NCBI GenBank assembly: GCA_030833725.1
Contig: JAURGP010000001.1
Coordinates: 113,870-177,869, forward strand
Source: Candidatus Kapaibacterium sp.
Lineage (GTDB): Bacteria; Bacteroidota; Ignavibacteria; Kapaibacteriales; Kapaibacteriaceae
Direction of reading: 5' to 3'
DNA: 64,000 nucleotides
Below the pieces are notes generated by a model. It searched no databases and was not told the origin of the DNA. It was given only the letters and a program-made list of their open reading frames with translations. Positions 37,811 to 48,581 of this stretch are shown one piece after another. Position 1 is the first letter of the stretch. Every line of letters starts with the position of its first letter. Position numbers and translations under genes: made by a program.

Positions 37811-39792
37811 ATGTAGAACTCGATGTTACCAAAGATGGATTGCTCCGGTTCCTGTAAGCCTGCCTGAATCCACTCACGTTGCCGACCGCGAATCACAGGA
37901 ACCACATCGTAGTCTCGTGGGGTGCCCAACAGTTCACGGTCCGGCGTACGCAGGTCGTCGGGGCCCAGCCACCGGATTGCCACCGTTCGGTCGATCGTGA
38001 TACTACGAGGAATCATGGACGCCGCCGGCTGATCACCTCCACCCAGGACAATGCGCGTCGGGTCGCTCTGTTGCTGATTTCCATCTCGATCCACAACATG
38101 CAGTGTGATGGCAATCGGCGAACCAGATGCTACCACACGCGGATCAAGATCGGTACTCATATCCCAGAATAGCTGTTTCGGGAGTGGTCCGTCTCCACGT
38201 TGCTCGTATAGCGTATCACCCCCTCCCGTCACGGTGAGTACCCACTGGCGAATGCCACGCTCCGACACCACATCCGGCGTGATACGGAGCTTTGGGACTT
38301 GCACTTCGATGATGGTATCGGTGATGGCCATCGGCTTGAGCAGTCGGCGTGTTGGATCAACAAACACCACCCAGGGCTTCTCCGATGGCTTTCCCCGAAG
38401 GGTCGTCACTGGGATTCGCGACTGGTCAACACCGAACACCTGCGTAAGGTAGCTCCGAATGGAGGTGGTGCGCTGTGCATTTAGAATGGCACCGTCGGCC
38501 GTGCCGTCATCGTAGGACACAATCTGCATGGTAGTGCTCGGCATAGCCTGCATGCGAGACCCCAACACGTTCAGGATGTGGTACTGCCAATGAATGACCG
38601 TATCAACGAAAATCTGCTCCTCGCGCCATGCGCTGGCCTGCTGCTGATCCAGCTGCACGTATCGATCCGGGAGAGACTGCTCCGACGATTGGAATGCAAC
38701 CAAGGGTAACACCGGTAAACGCCGCGTTCGGCGAACGGCGTGAACGCGTACGTTGGTGCCGCCGATGATTGCTCCATCACCCTCTTCGAAGGCTGCCCTG
38801 AGCGCAACCTTGAGAACGGCCGGTGGTTTGGGGATCAGTCGCTGATAGCGATAGCGTACCAAGACGTTGACAAGTTCGTCCCCTGGAAACTCTTGGACGA
38901 TCTCACCAGCATACACCACGGTGTCCGTACCTACCAAATCGCTGAGCAGTGTAATCGTGTCACGAACGACGATGGTATCGCGACGAAGGCCATCGTCGAA
39001 CCCTGTGCCATCAGCAAACCGGTAGCGGATGCCCACGCCTACCATTGCCGTGAACGTTCGCATCCCCGACCCTGACTCCCATGGCAATAGCGGAATCATG
39101 GCCGAGACACGTGGCGTGAGAAACAGCGTGCGGCCTCTTCGCAGTGGTATAAGCCCCTCGGCAGCAATCTGAAGTGTAGGAACCAACACGGATAGACGAG
39201 GTATCGGACCAGAGCCTACTGCGATTTCGGTGGAACCATCTACAAACTGCTGACCCACTGGATCGGAGAATCGCATGCGCTGTTCGTAGTAGGATGCCGA
39301 AGACAAGTGTAATGGTATCCCACCCTCAACAGCCAACCACGACTCAATCTGATAGCGCAGAAACGGCTCTACAAACACCGTAGCAAACCGAACCTGAAGA
39401 TCGTGTTCGATGGTAGCATCGTACGTGCCTCCGTCGTCCGTTGCAAGCGGTACTTGTTCTGGAGCCGTGTAATGGAATCGATTCCACGAAACTCCAACGC
39501 GACCTCCAAGTCGTAGCTGACGATTGCCAGGTGTCAGTTCGGCATCAGCTCCAATCACAAACCATGGCTGCCACGTGGCTGTTGCGCCAGAGAATAGTAG
39601 TCCCTTCGGTGTAGGTACACCACCTAGGGCCGTAATGGCGGTAACCGGCGTTGTGAGAACACCGCCTCCTGTGAGATGAAGAGCTATTCTCTCCTGTGCT
39701 GTGCCAACTGTCGCATATAGCATCACCAGGAGACTATAGGCCAGACACTTCCCAACTCGCGATCGTAGAATGGTTCTCACATGCACCGTCAC
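37789..39792 (-). CDS. large hypothetical secreted protein
   Basis: 667 aa. Signal peptide. No recognisable catalytic motif. Overlaps the upstream gene by 4 bp. Confidence 0.5.
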   Translation of the reverse strand: MTVHVRTILRSRVGKCLAYSLLVMLYATVGTAQERIALHLTGGGVLTTPVTAITALGGVPTPKGLLFSGATATWQPWFVIGADAELTPGNRQLRLGGRVGVSWNRFHYTAPEQVPLATDDGGTYDATIEHDLQVRFATVFVEPFLRYQIESWLAVEGGIPLHLSSASYYEQRMRFSDPVGQQFVDGSTEIAVGSGPIPRLSVLVPTLQIAAEGLIPLRRGRTLFLTPRVSAMIPLLPWESGSGMRTFTAMVGVGIRYRFADGTGFDDGLRRDTIVVRDTITLLSDLVGTDTVVYAGEIVQEFPGDELVNVLVRYRYQRLIPKPPAVLKVALRAAFEEGDGAIIGGTNVRVHAVRRTRRLPVLPLVAFQSSEQSLPDRYVQLDQQQASAWREEQIFVDTVIHWQYHILNVLGSRMQAMPSTTMQIVSYDDGTADGAILNAQRTTSIRSYLTQVFGVDQSRIPVTTLRGKPSEKPWVVFVDPTRRLLKPMAITDTIIEVQVPKLRITPDVVSERGIRQWVLTVTGGGDTLYEQRGDGPLPKQLFWDMSTDLDPRVVASGSPIAITLHVVDRDGNQQQSDPTRIVLGGGDQPAASMIPRSITIDRTVAIRWLGPDDLRTPDRELLGTPRDYDVVPVIRGRQREWIQAGLQEPEQSIFGNIEFYIKNERRP

Positions 39793-41507
39793 TCGTACCT
39801 GAACATGCGAACAATACGCAGGGGTGGGATACCCACGCCACGCTGCACGAGACAGCGGGCATAGTACATGCCAGGCTGCAGGTTGAAGTCAGACATCGCG
39901 ACGGTGCGACTGTTGCCGGAGGGCATGTTCTCTACGGTAGCAACAATAGAGCCATCTATACTCACGATGTCCAGTCGTGCATTGGCCTGTTCCGCGCCAT
40001 AGAGAGTAATCGTACCACCGATGGTCAGCGGATTTGGAGAAATGGTAAGTCGGAGAGCCCCCTTCAAGGAACTCACCAGACGTTGCATCCCCGCTCCGTA
40101 CGTGTAGATGTTATCCACCTTCACAGTGGTGGTATCTGCTAGCACGATTTGTGGGTCGCTGGCTCGAATACCCACAATGCCATGTCGGATTACGAGATCG
40201 GAATACGGTGCATCGCCAAGAGCAACTACTGCATACACGGTATCAAGTGGAGTACGACTGCCATTGGGTATGATGCCTCGCTGTGCTGCGTCCATGCGCC
40301 ACCACAATGTGTCGCGATCGACCACCCTGCGCTGACCGGCACGAGCAATCGGTACAAGCACCGTGGGATTGTAGGCAACGTCGAGTTGGTGTCCGGTGAT
40401 CTCGACCGGCTCGTCGAACGGAGTTTGCGTTACGGCAGATAACACCAATTGGATGGTGTCTCCGATCTCGGCGGTGATCGTATCTGCCTGCCACTGAAAT
40501 GAAAAAGTAACCGGCCGAGGCTTCAGAAGAAGATCAACGTTGATCCGGGTTGAATCCCACACGCGCGACGAGTCGGCACTGAAGCGTCGGAGATGACACT
40601 CCACGCGTTCGTTGCGATATTCTGTGGGTTGGGCTATCAACTTGAGAGTAAGTACGGATCGTCGTGTTGGTCGGTTGGGATCTACTTCAATACGTAGCGG
40701 TTGATCATCTGCAACACGTACATCGTACAGAAATCTCTCCTGTATGACGAAACTCGGCAAGCGGAGGAAGGTCACGGTCGTATCCGTGCTACCCACCATG
40801 GCATCTCGAACCACCACGGTGGTATCGGCCCTCATCTGAACAGCAGTTGCCTGAAGTACCAGTGTCAGCGTGTCGAGCGGCACAAGCTGCTGATACCACC
40901 GGATCAATCTCAACGTGTCGAAGTAGGAGCCTTGTACTGTTGGCTGAAAACGTACACGCACTTCCAGGCTATCATCGGGATCGGCGCGTAGCAGGCCCCC
41001 GGAAGTATCAATCTGAAACGGCTGCGACACATTCCGATGTAACGCGTAATCAGCAACAACGTATGCAGGGCCATACACATCAATGCGTTTCTCTTGAACG
41101 TCGCCGGTAAGCGCTGTAAAGAACTGCACCTGTTGCGTCGTGGTGAGGGACCGCCCCGACCCGGTGAAGACAATCGTGATTGTATCTACCACGCTGCGAC
41201 CCTCAAGACGGAGTATCACAGCGCTATCACGAAACTCGCCCTTGGAAAGGGGCTGAAACGCACACAACCATGCTCGACTCCCCGCGAGGTCGATGGGAAT
41301 CTCGGAGGACAGTGTAAATGGCGGAGATACGCGGCGGAGAACACGCCACCGTGTATCTCCATCGGCATCCTCCGGTGCGAATACAGCACGCGTTGCCTCT
41401 ATTCCCAGGAGTACCTCGCCGAAGTCGACGGCATACGACACGTCCATCGGCAGGAGCAGAAGTGCTGCCGTGATAAGTCTCACCGCATAGTGCGAGATGC
41501 GTGCCAT
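39789..41507 (-). CDS. hypothetical secreted protein with T9SS-type C-terminal domain
   Basis: Signal peptide MARISHYAVRLITAALLLLPMDVSYA. C-terminal TISPNPLTIGG...LDIVSIDGSIVATV...LQPGMYYARCLV fits a T9SS CTD. Confidence 0.5.
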   Translation of the reverse strand: MARISHYAVRLITAALLLLPMDVSYAVDFGEVLLGIEATRAVFAPEDADGDTRWRVLRRVSPPFTLSSEIPIDLAGSRAWLCAFQPLSKGEFRDSAVILRLEGRSVVDTITIVFTGSGRSLTTTQQVQFFTALTGDVQEKRIDVYGPAYVVADYALHRNVSQPFQIDTSGGLLRADPDDSLEVRVRFQPTVQGSYFDTLRLIRWYQQLVPLDTLTLVLQATAVQMRADTTVVVRDAMVGSTDTTVTFLRLPSFVIQERFLYDVRVADDQPLRIEVDPNRPTRRSVLTLKLIAQPTEYRNERVECHLRRFSADSSRVWDSTRINVDLLLKPRPVTFSFQWQADTITAEIGDTIQLVLSAVTQTPFDEPVEITGHQLDVAYNPTVLVPIARAGQRRVVDRDTLWWRMDAAQRGIIPNGSRTPLDTVYAVVALGDAPYSDLVIRHGIVGIRASDPQIVLADTTTVKVDNIYTYGAGMQRLVSSLKGALRLTISPNPLTIGGTITLYGAEQANARLDIVSIDGSIVATVENMPSGNSRTVAMSDFNLQPGMYYARCLVQRGVGIPPLRIVRMFRYE

Positions 41508-41532
41508 ACCAACCGTGATGTATCGTGCGAGT

Positions 41533-43593
41533 TTATCGTGCGTGAACAGTGCAGTTTCGACCGCTGTATTCCACTGTTTCCACATGGCCACTGCCTTGTA
41601 CCCGAACGGTGTAACCCGCGTTCTGGAGAATAGTAACAGCACGTCGCAGCGTAAGTCCGCGAACGTCTGGTTTGTAGGTGCCGTTGTTCTGTGCAATCCG
41701 AACGGAGATCATGCCACCTCGTTGAACACGCTTTCCGGGAAGGGGCTCTTGCGACACAATCAGCCCCGTATCCGTCAGCGATCGAATCCGTAATCCCAGC
41801 CGTTGGAGAATGGTATCTGCCAAGCCCACTCGTAAGCCCCGCACATCAGGAATCAGCAGGGAATCCGCTACGGACGAGGCTGCTATGAACTTCCTGGTCC
41901 GGTCGTCCAGATCTAACATTGTCATGCTTTTCTGCACGATTTTCCGAAAGATCGGTGCTGCAGCTGATCCCCCGTAGATCGTTGATTGTGGACGGTCGAG
42001 CATGACGATCATGCATACTTTGGGTTTGTCGGCAGGATAGTATCCCACAAACGAGGCCGTGTAGGACTTTCGTGAGTACGACCCATCCTCCAACTGCTGC
42101 GCCGTGCCCGTCTTTCCAGCAATCAGCACGCCGGGAATGCGCGCTAGCTGGCCAGTACCCTGTTCCACCACACCAATCAGCATGTTGGTGAGACGCGTGG
42201 CGGTAGTGTCGGCTATCACACGGCGTATCACTTGTGGCTTGATCTTTCGGAGAACCTCGCCGTCTGGTCGCACAATCTGCTGCACGACGTGTGGCTCCAT
42301 CATGACTCCACCGTTGGCGATCGTAGCATAGGCATTCAGCATTTGTAGTGCCGTAGCTGTGAGCTCGTACCCAAAGGCCATGAAGTACTGCGTGGTGTTG
42401 TCGAATGCGTCTGGCCGCTTTAGCACGCCCCGAACTTCACCGGGCAGGTCGATACCACTGGGGATTCCAAATCCGAAGTCACGAAAGTACTTGTAGAACT
42501 TCCGGCTATTGATGCGTCGGGCCTGCGTTGCAAACACAACGTTGCTTGACTGCTCCAGTGCAATCTGAAATGTGGTTTTTCCCAGGGGATGATCATCGCG
42601 TATAACGTGACCTGGAAGCTGCAGGATGCCACCCAGCCCGTCAACCTGATCGCCTGGCTGGAGCAATCCCTCTTCGAGGAGAGCCGCAGCCGTGATGGCC
42701 TTGATCGTTGATCCGGGTTCGTACTGATCCGTGACTCCCCGCGTGCGAATAGCCTCGGACGTTGCACGGTCCAGCCGCATCGGATCAAATGTGGGCATCG
42801 ACGCCATGGCAAGGATCTCACCGGTCGATGGTTTGATAGCAATCACGGTGCCCGAACTTGCCCCCGTGGTGGTTACACCACGTCGAAGCTCTTCTTCTGC
42901 GATGCGCTGCAGTTCGATGTCGATGGTCAATTGCAGTCCGTTGCCGTTGCGCGGAGCCTTACGCTCGGGGTTGACGCCCGGACGCAGTCGTCCGCGACCA
43001 TCACGCTGCATGACCACAAAGCCACTCTCACCCCGTAGTTCGTGATTGTAGGCCAACTCAATGCCAGTGACGCCATTGTTATCTACGTCGGTCACGCCAA
43101 TGATCTGTGCCGCGGTGTTCCCATACAGGAAACTCCTCTTGGGTTCATCAACACGGATCAACCCAGGATCACGCAGCGTGTCGAGATCGGGATACAGGAT
43201 AGCATTGACACCTCTGGCGAGCCATACAAACCGACCCTTGTGTTGCTTGATCTTGTTCAGGTAGTAGCCAACGCTGTCGCCGGCAGCCATCGCCAGCGAA
43301 TTGGCAACGAGCTCCGGATTTGTAAGCATCACCGGATCGGCTGCATATGACGTCATCGTCATCATGCTAGCGATGTCGCGTCCATTGCGGTCGTACAGAC
43401 TGCCACGCTGTGCACGAAGCTCTACCTTCGATTCATACTGCCGCTTGGCGAGCTCGCGGTACCGAGCCCCCTCCATCACCTGCACCCAGAACAGCCGACC
43501 CAGTACCAGCGAGAACAGTACGCTGAAGAGCAGGATCAACACGCCTGCCTTCCACCGTATGGGATCGTATGGTGCCGGTGGAGTGGGTTCCAT
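41533..43593 (-). CDS. ftsI: peptidoglycan D,D-transpeptidase FtsI-like (class B PBP) with two C-terminal PASTA domains
   Basis: 686 aa. N-terminal TM. PBP dimerisation domain. Transpeptidase motifs STIK (GSTIKAITA), SSN and KTGT (AGKTGTA). Two PASTA repeats (PDVRGLRVGLADTIL..., PDVRGLTLRRAVTIL...). Confidence 0.8.
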   Translation of the reverse strand: MEPTPPAPYDPIRWKAGVLILLFSVLFSLVLGRLFWVQVMEGARYRELAKRQYESKVELRAQRGSLYDRNGRDIASMMTMTSYAADPVMLTNPELVANSLAMAAGDSVGYYLNKIKQHKGRFVWLARGVNAILYPDLDTLRDPGLIRVDEPKRSFLYGNTAAQIIGVTDVDNNGVTGIELAYNHELRGESGFVVMQRDGRGRLRPGVNPERKAPRNGNGLQLTIDIELQRIAEEELRRGVTTTGASSGTVIAIKPSTGEILAMASMPTFDPMRLDRATSEAIRTRGVTDQYEPGSTIKAITAAALLEEGLLQPGDQVDGLGGILQLPGHVIRDDHPLGKTTFQIALEQSSNVVFATQARRINSRKFYKYFRDFGFGIPSGIDLPGEVRGVLKRPDAFDNTTQYFMAFGYELTATALQMLNAYATIANGGVMMEPHVVQQIVRPDGEVLRKIKPQVIRRVIADTTATRLTNMLIGVVEQGTGQLARIPGVLIAGKTGTAQQLEDGSYSRKSYTASFVGYYPADKPKVCMIVMLDRPQSTIYGGSAAAPIFRKIVQKSMTMLDLDDRTRKFIAASSVADSLLIPDVRGLRVGLADTILQRLGLRIRSLTDTGLIVSQEPLPGKRVQRGGMISVRIAQNNGTYKPDVRGLTLRRAVTILQNAGYTVRVQGSGHVETVEYSGRNCTVHAR

Positions 43594-43594
43594 G

Positions 43595-43930
43595 TTACTC
43601 TGAGATCACCGTTGGAGCCTCGGAAGGGGGCTCCAGGTTCAAGCGCGTAGTAGCGATGTGCGTAATGCGCGTAATGGACTGCAGATCCATAGCCTGCTGA
43701 CGCAGGCTTTGGTGCAGGGTTTGCAGCGAGTCGCGCTGATGCTTCAGGAGATCAACCTGTGCGGAGAGTTCGTTTACGGCCAATACGTTGCTCACGTAGC
43801 CAACAGTAGCAAGAGCACTCATGAAGAACAACGCGAACATACTCCAGCGGTTCAGCAGCTGGCGCTGCTTTACGAGCGTCGGTGAATCATTCACCGGAAG
43901 TGGTCCGTCGTCGATCGGCTGCTGTACCAC
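43595..43930 (-). CDS. ftsL: cell division protein FtsL-like
   Basis: 111 aa. Single TM followed by coiled-coil. Immediately upstream of ftsI with a 1-bp spacer. Confidence 0.5.
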   Translation of the reverse strand: MVQQPIDDGPLPVNDSPTLVKQRQLLNRWSMFALFFMSALATVGYVSNVLAVNELSAQVDLLKHQRDSLQTLHQSLRQQAMDLQSITRITHIATTRLNLEPPSEAPTVISE

Positions 43931-46002
43931 TACCGTACCTCTGCGCCAGGACCGATTCCTACATCCGACGGTTGCACCAGCGTAAGCACTCCACTGTCGT
44001 TCGACGCTGCCAGTACCATCCCCTGCGATTCAAGACCCATAAGTTTAGCTGGCTGCAGGTTGGCCACCACAACGATCGTCTTGCCGATCAACTGTTCGGG
44101 GTTGTAGTGCTGTGCGATTCCTGCCAGAATCTGCCGACGCTCCGTGCCCAGATCCACCTGCAGCTTGAGCAGCTTTTTCGATTTTTCAACGGGCTCGGCC
44201 TGCAGCACCACCGCTGTTCGCAGCTTCACCTTCATGAAGTCGTCGATCGTGATCATCGGCTCGGCAGGTTCTGTGGGCTCCGACGGCTTTTGATCTCCCA
44301 ACTGTGCGATCTTCTCTTCCACAACGCTGTCCTCTATCCGGGTAAACAAGATTCCTGGTTCGTGCAGCACCCGTCCGGTGGGTAACAACGCTACACCTGC
44401 GGACGTCCATACGTCCTGTGTCGTGCCAGGTGCACCCGTGTGAACAGGCTCTCCGACGGCTGTCTGCATTGCTGCAGCGGCATGTGGCAGGAACGGAGCA
44501 AACACCACGGACAGTGTGCGAATCGTTTGCAGACACACGTTCAACGCATGGGCAGCCCGTGCGGGATCCTCCTTGATCGCCTTCCACGGTGCCGTGTCGT
44601 TGAAGTACTTGTTGGCTGCGCGGGCGATGTTCATCGCTTCGGTAAGGGCATCCCGGTATCGGAATGCGTCCAGATTACGCGCAACACTCTCAATGCCATG
44701 CGTGATGGCGCTCTGCAGAGCCTGCTCGTGTTCATCCGGTTCGGCTGCTGTACGTGCAGGGACAGCACCGTTGAAGTTCTTGATTGTGAACTGCACCACC
44801 CTGTTGACGTAATTCCCCAGAATGGCAGCCAGCTCGTTGTTGGTGCGGGCTTGGTAGTCGCGCCAGGTGAAGTCTGAGTCCTTGGTTTCCGGCATGTTCA
44901 TCGTGAGCACGTATCGCAGGATATCGACGTGCTGTGCTTCAGGGAAATCACGCAGGTACTGTACCAGATCGATAGCCCAGTTCCGACTCTTGGAGAACTT
45001 TTGTCCCTCAAGGTTCAGGAACTCATTGGCAGGGACCTGCTCTGGCAGGATGAAGCCTTCTTCGGCACGAGAGTGGAGTAGGATGGGAAAGATGATCGTG
45101 TGAAACACGATGTTGTCCTTCCCAAGAAAGGCAGTGTAGATCGTTTCAGGATCCTGCCACCATGTCTTCCATGCATCGGGTGTGCCCTGTTGCTCGGCCC
45201 ACTGTTTTGTTGCCGAGATGTATCCCAGGACGGCCTCAAACCATACATACAGAACCTTACCATCAGCATCCGGCACAGGCACAGGAATTCCCCACTGCAT
45301 GTCGCGCGTAGCAGCACGCTCTGCAAGTCCCTGCTTCACCCACGATCGAGACTGCTGTACAACGTTATCCTTCCACGACGGAGCATGACCCTCGATGTAG
45401 GAATGGATCCAGTCCTGGAAGGCGTCAAGCTTGAAGTACCAATGTTTCGTTCGGCGTACGACGGGGGTTTGTCCTGTCACCACGGATCGGGGTTGCTTCA
45501 GCTCCAACTGATTGTAGTAGGCGCCGCAGCTATCGCATTGGTCACCGCGTGCTTTGTCGTAGTTGCAGTTGGGACACACGCCCTCGACATAGCGGTCGGG
45601 CAGAAAGATCCGTGCCTCCTCGTCGTAGAACTGATCGTCCTCTCGCTCTACCAACAGCCCCTTACGCAACCACGACTGGAAGAACTCCTGTGCGGTGGCA
45701 ATGTGGAGCGGATCGGTTGTCCTACCGTAGACGTCGAATGCAATACCGGCACCAGCCAGCGCTGTTGCATTGGCTTGGTGGTATCGGTCTACCAGCTCGC
45801 GAGGTGACACACCTTCTTTTTCGGCAGCGATGGTGATGGCTACGCCGTGTTCATCGGAGCCACACACGTAGAGGGTTTCCCTCCCGAGTAGGCGGCAATA
45901 CCGGGCGTAGATGTCGGCCGGTAGCGTGGATCCCACTACGTTACCCAAGTGGGTGATTCCGCTGGCATACGGCAAGGCCGACGTGATCAGATAGCGTTTC
46001 AT
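43930..46002 (-). CDS. metG: methionine--tRNA ligase
   Basis: Class I aaRS HIGH-like (SALPYASGITHLGN) and KMSKS (KFSKSRN). Zn-knuckle Cys cluster. C-terminal EMAP/tRNA-binding domain. Start at MKRYLITSALPY. Confidence 0.9.
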   Translation of the reverse strand: MKRYLITSALPYASGITHLGNVVGSTLPADIYARYCRLLGRETLYVCGSDEHGVAITIAAEKEGVSPRELVDRYHQANATALAGAGIAFDVYGRTTDPLHIATAQEFFQSWLRKGLLVEREDDQFYDEEARIFLPDRYVEGVCPNCNYDKARGDQCDSCGAYYNQLELKQPRSVVTGQTPVVRRTKHWYFKLDAFQDWIHSYIEGHAPSWKDNVVQQSRSWVKQGLAERAATRDMQWGIPVPVPDADGKVLYVWFEAVLGYISATKQWAEQQGTPDAWKTWWQDPETIYTAFLGKDNIVFHTIIFPILLHSRAEEGFILPEQVPANEFLNLEGQKFSKSRNWAIDLVQYLRDFPEAQHVDILRYVLTMNMPETKDSDFTWRDYQARTNNELAAILGNYVNRVVQFTIKNFNGAVPARTAAEPDEHEQALQSAITHGIESVARNLDAFRYRDALTEAMNIARAANKYFNDTAPWKAIKEDPARAAHALNVCLQTIRTLSVVFAPFLPHAAAAMQTAVGEPVHTGAPGTTQDVWTSAGVALLPTGRVLHEPGILFTRIEDSVVEEKIAQLGDQKPSEPTEPAEPMITIDDFMKVKLRTAVVLQAEPVEKSKKLLKLQVDLGTERRQILAGIAQHYNPEQLIGKTIVVVANLQPAKLMGLESQGMVLAASNDSGVLTLVQPSDVGIGPGAEVR

Positions 46003-46003
46003 A

Positions 46004-46552
46004 CTACTCGTACAGGACGATGTCGGTAGCCACACGGGTTGCAACCGTGTCGCCAACGAGTCGTTGGATGATGATCAAAGCAAACTCAAAAGCTGTACCG
46101 GCACCACGACTTGTTACGATGTGACCATCTTCTACCACACGATCGGTAGAGTACTGATACACCGATAGATCGGATGCCACTCCGGGGTGCGACGTAACCG
46201 CGGCGTCGCCCTTCAGGAAGCCGTATTCATGCAGAATCATCGGTGCTGCACAGATAGCTCCGATCAAACGCCGTGCTGCATGATGAGGGGCCATGAGTCG
46301 CGTCAGCGTGTCGTTTTGGATCATGTGATCCACACCCTGACTGCCCCCAGGCAGAACGATAGCATCGAACACATCATCAGCATCCAGCTCGTCGATGGAG
46401 AGATCAGGCACAAGCCGTAATCCATGGGCACAGGTGATGATGTCGGCATCTCCGGCCACCGTTACGTCAAGGCCAGCGCGTCGGAACATGTCTATGATAA
46501 TCACCGCTTCCATGTCCTCGGTGCCGTTTGAGATCGGTACTAATACCTTCAT
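46004..46552 (-). CDS. DJ-1/PfpI family protein
   Basis: 182 aa. Conserved nucleophile-elbow Cys (AICAAP). Confidence 0.8.
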   Translation of the reverse strand: MKVLVPISNGTEDMEAVIIIDMFRRAGLDVTVAGDADIITCAHGLRLVPDLSIDELDADDVFDAIVLPGGSQGVDHMIQNDTLTRLMAPHHAARRLIGAICAAPMILHEYGFLKGDAAVTSHPGVASDLSVYQYSTDRVVEDGHIVTSRGAGTAFEFALIIIQRLVGDTVATRVATDIVLYE

Positions 46553-47043
46553 TCATGTTCTCCGTGTGGTGCTGGTGCAGAAGTGGTTGCTGCACCTAAG
46601 TCTGGTCGGCGAATCTTGCCACCCTCATGTCCGGCCATACCCACGGCAATCGTACCAGCAATACCTGCAAGGAAGAATGCCGACAAGACAAGTCGCTGGA
46701 CGCTCTGCGATGGTGGAACATTCACGAGATGCACCAACGCCAGAATCAACCCGATCACTGTGATGGTCATGGCTGTTTCCGCAGCCTCTTCATGTTCATG
46801 AATCTGATCGTGGGATACCCACGACACGCGTTCTTCTACGAGATCCTCGGCTTCCTCACCAGAAACATTAGCCGCAAACACGAATAGGCCCGTTGCGATG
46901 TAGATCGCCAGACCTGTTCTCTTCACAACATCAGCTTTCACGATAGCACCCAGCAGCGTTACCAGCACGCCAATGATCGTGCCGATGATGGGAACGTGAT
47001 TCACCAGCAGGTGGATTTGCAGACCGTCCATGGTTACTCCCAT
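46549..47043 (-). CDS. hypothetical membrane protein
   Basis: 164 aa, 4 TM helices, acidic loop. No family recognised. Confidence 0.4.
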   Translation of the reverse strand: MGVTMDGLQIHLLVNHVPIIGTIIGVLVTLLGAIVKADVVKRTGLAIYIATGLFVFAANVSGEEAEDLVEERVSWVSHDQIHEHEEAAETAMTITVIGLILALVHLVNVPPSQSVQRLVLSAFFLAGIAGTIAVGMAGHEGGKIRRPDLGAATTSAPAPHGEHE

Positions 47044-48575
47044 TCAATCGTGGCAGGGGGCTTGGAGGAAATGTCGTACACCACGCGATTGATTCCGCGA
47101 ACTTCATTGATGATCCGGTTGCTCATCCGAGCAAGCAGGTCGTAGGGCATGTGGAACCAGTCGGCCGTCATACCATCTACGCTGGTCACAGCACGCAATG
47201 CACACACGTACTCATACGTGCGCTCATCACCCATCACGCCTACGGTTTGGACGGGCAGAAGCACGGCAAAGGCCTGCCAGATCTCGTCGTACAAACCGGC
47301 TGCGTGGATCTCTTCAAGGTAGATCTCATCAGCCTCGCGCAGGATATCGGCCTTCTCTCGTGTGATCGCTCCGGGAATGCGAATAGCCAGACCTGGACCG
47401 GGAAAGGGATGTCGGTTCACAAACCAGTCCGGAATCCCAAGCTCGCGTCCTACGGCTCGAACCTCGTCTTTGAACAGCTCACGGAAGGGTTCGATGAGCT
47501 TCAGGTTCATGCGCTCCGGCAAGCCCCCTACATTGTGATGAGTCTTGATGGTCACACTTGGACCTTTAATGCTCACCGATTCGATCACGTCGGGATAGAG
47601 CGTACCCTGTGCCAGAAACTTGGCGTCGCTGAACTTCTTGGCCTCTACCTCAAAGAGCTCGATGAAGGCATTGCCAATAATCTTGCGCTTCTTTTCAGGA
47701 TCGGATACGCCGTCAAGGCGTCCCATGAAGAACTCTTCGCCATCCACGAGATCGACCGTCATGCTGAAATTCTCTTTGAACAACCGCACGATCTGCTCCG
47801 ACTCGCCCTTTCTCATCAGACCGCTGTCCACATGGATACAGTGTACCTGATTGCCGATAGCCTTATGCAGCAGTACAGCTGCAACGGTAGAATCAACACC
47901 GCCACTCAGGGCGCAGATCACACCACCATCACCTACTGTTGCACGGATGTCAGCTATGACAGCATCGATGAAACTGGAGGCATTCCACGTTGGGGCACAT
48001 CCGCAGATGTTCACCACGAAGTTTCGCAGGAGCGTGTTGCCCTCATCGGAGTGATGAACCTCCGGATGAAACTGCACACCCCAGATGCGTCGGTCGGCAT
48101 TGCGAATGGCACAGATATCGGCATTCTCTGTGCGTCCGATCACATCAAAACCTGGAGGAATCGCCGTAAGGTGGTCGCCATGACTCATCCATACCGTTGT
48201 AGGAGTAGCCATCATGGCAAACAGATCTGTCGAGTCTGTGATCTGCAGATGTGCGCGACCGAACTCGCGGCGGGCAGCTTTATCAACTCCGCCACCCAAC
48301 TGGAACGCTATCAGCTGTAGGCCGTAGCAGATGCCCAGCACGGGCACGCCTTGGCTGAACACATCGAACGATGGAATCGGTGCACCGTTGGCATAGACGC
48401 TGCTGGGTCCGCCCGACAGAATGATGCCCTTAGGCTGAAGGTCCTGCAGGGCTTCCTGCGAGATGGAAAACGGGTGGATCTCCGCATACACGCCGGCCTC
48501 TCGCACCTTTCGTGCGATCAGCTGTGTGTACTGCGATCCAAAGTCAAGGATGACGATACGTTCTGTGTGGGTCAT
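47034..48575 (-). CDS. guaA: GMP synthase (glutamine-hydrolysing)
   Basis: 513 aa. GATase start [23 protein letters not shown]-PPase SGGVDS. C-terminal dimerisation domain ending IEWE. Confidence 0.9.
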   Translation of the reverse strand: MTHTERIVILDFGSQYTQLIARKVREAGVYAEIHPFSISQEALQDLQPKGIILSGGPSSVYANGAPIPSFDVFSQGVPVLGICYGLQLIAFQLGGGVDKAARREFGRAHLQITDSTDLFAMMATPTTVWMSHGDHLTAIPPGFDVIGRTENADICAIRNADRRIWGVQFHPEVHHSDEGNTLLRNFVVNICGCAPTWNASSFIDAVIADIRATVGDGGVICALSGGVDSTVAAVLLHKAIGNQVHCIHVDSGLMRKGESEQIVRLFKENFSMTVDLVDGEEFFMGRLDGVSDPEKKRKIIGNAFIELFEVEAKKFSDAKFLAQGTLYPDVIESVSIKGPSVTIKTHHNVGGLPERMNLKLIEPFRELFKDEVRAVGRELGIPDWFVNRHPFPGPGLAIRIPGAITREKADILREADEIYLEEIHAAGLYDEIWQAFAVLLPVQTVGVMGDERTYEYVCALRAVTSVDGMTADWFHMPYDLLARMSNRIINEVRGINRVVYDISSKPPATIEWE

Positions 48576-48581
48576 GCAAGT

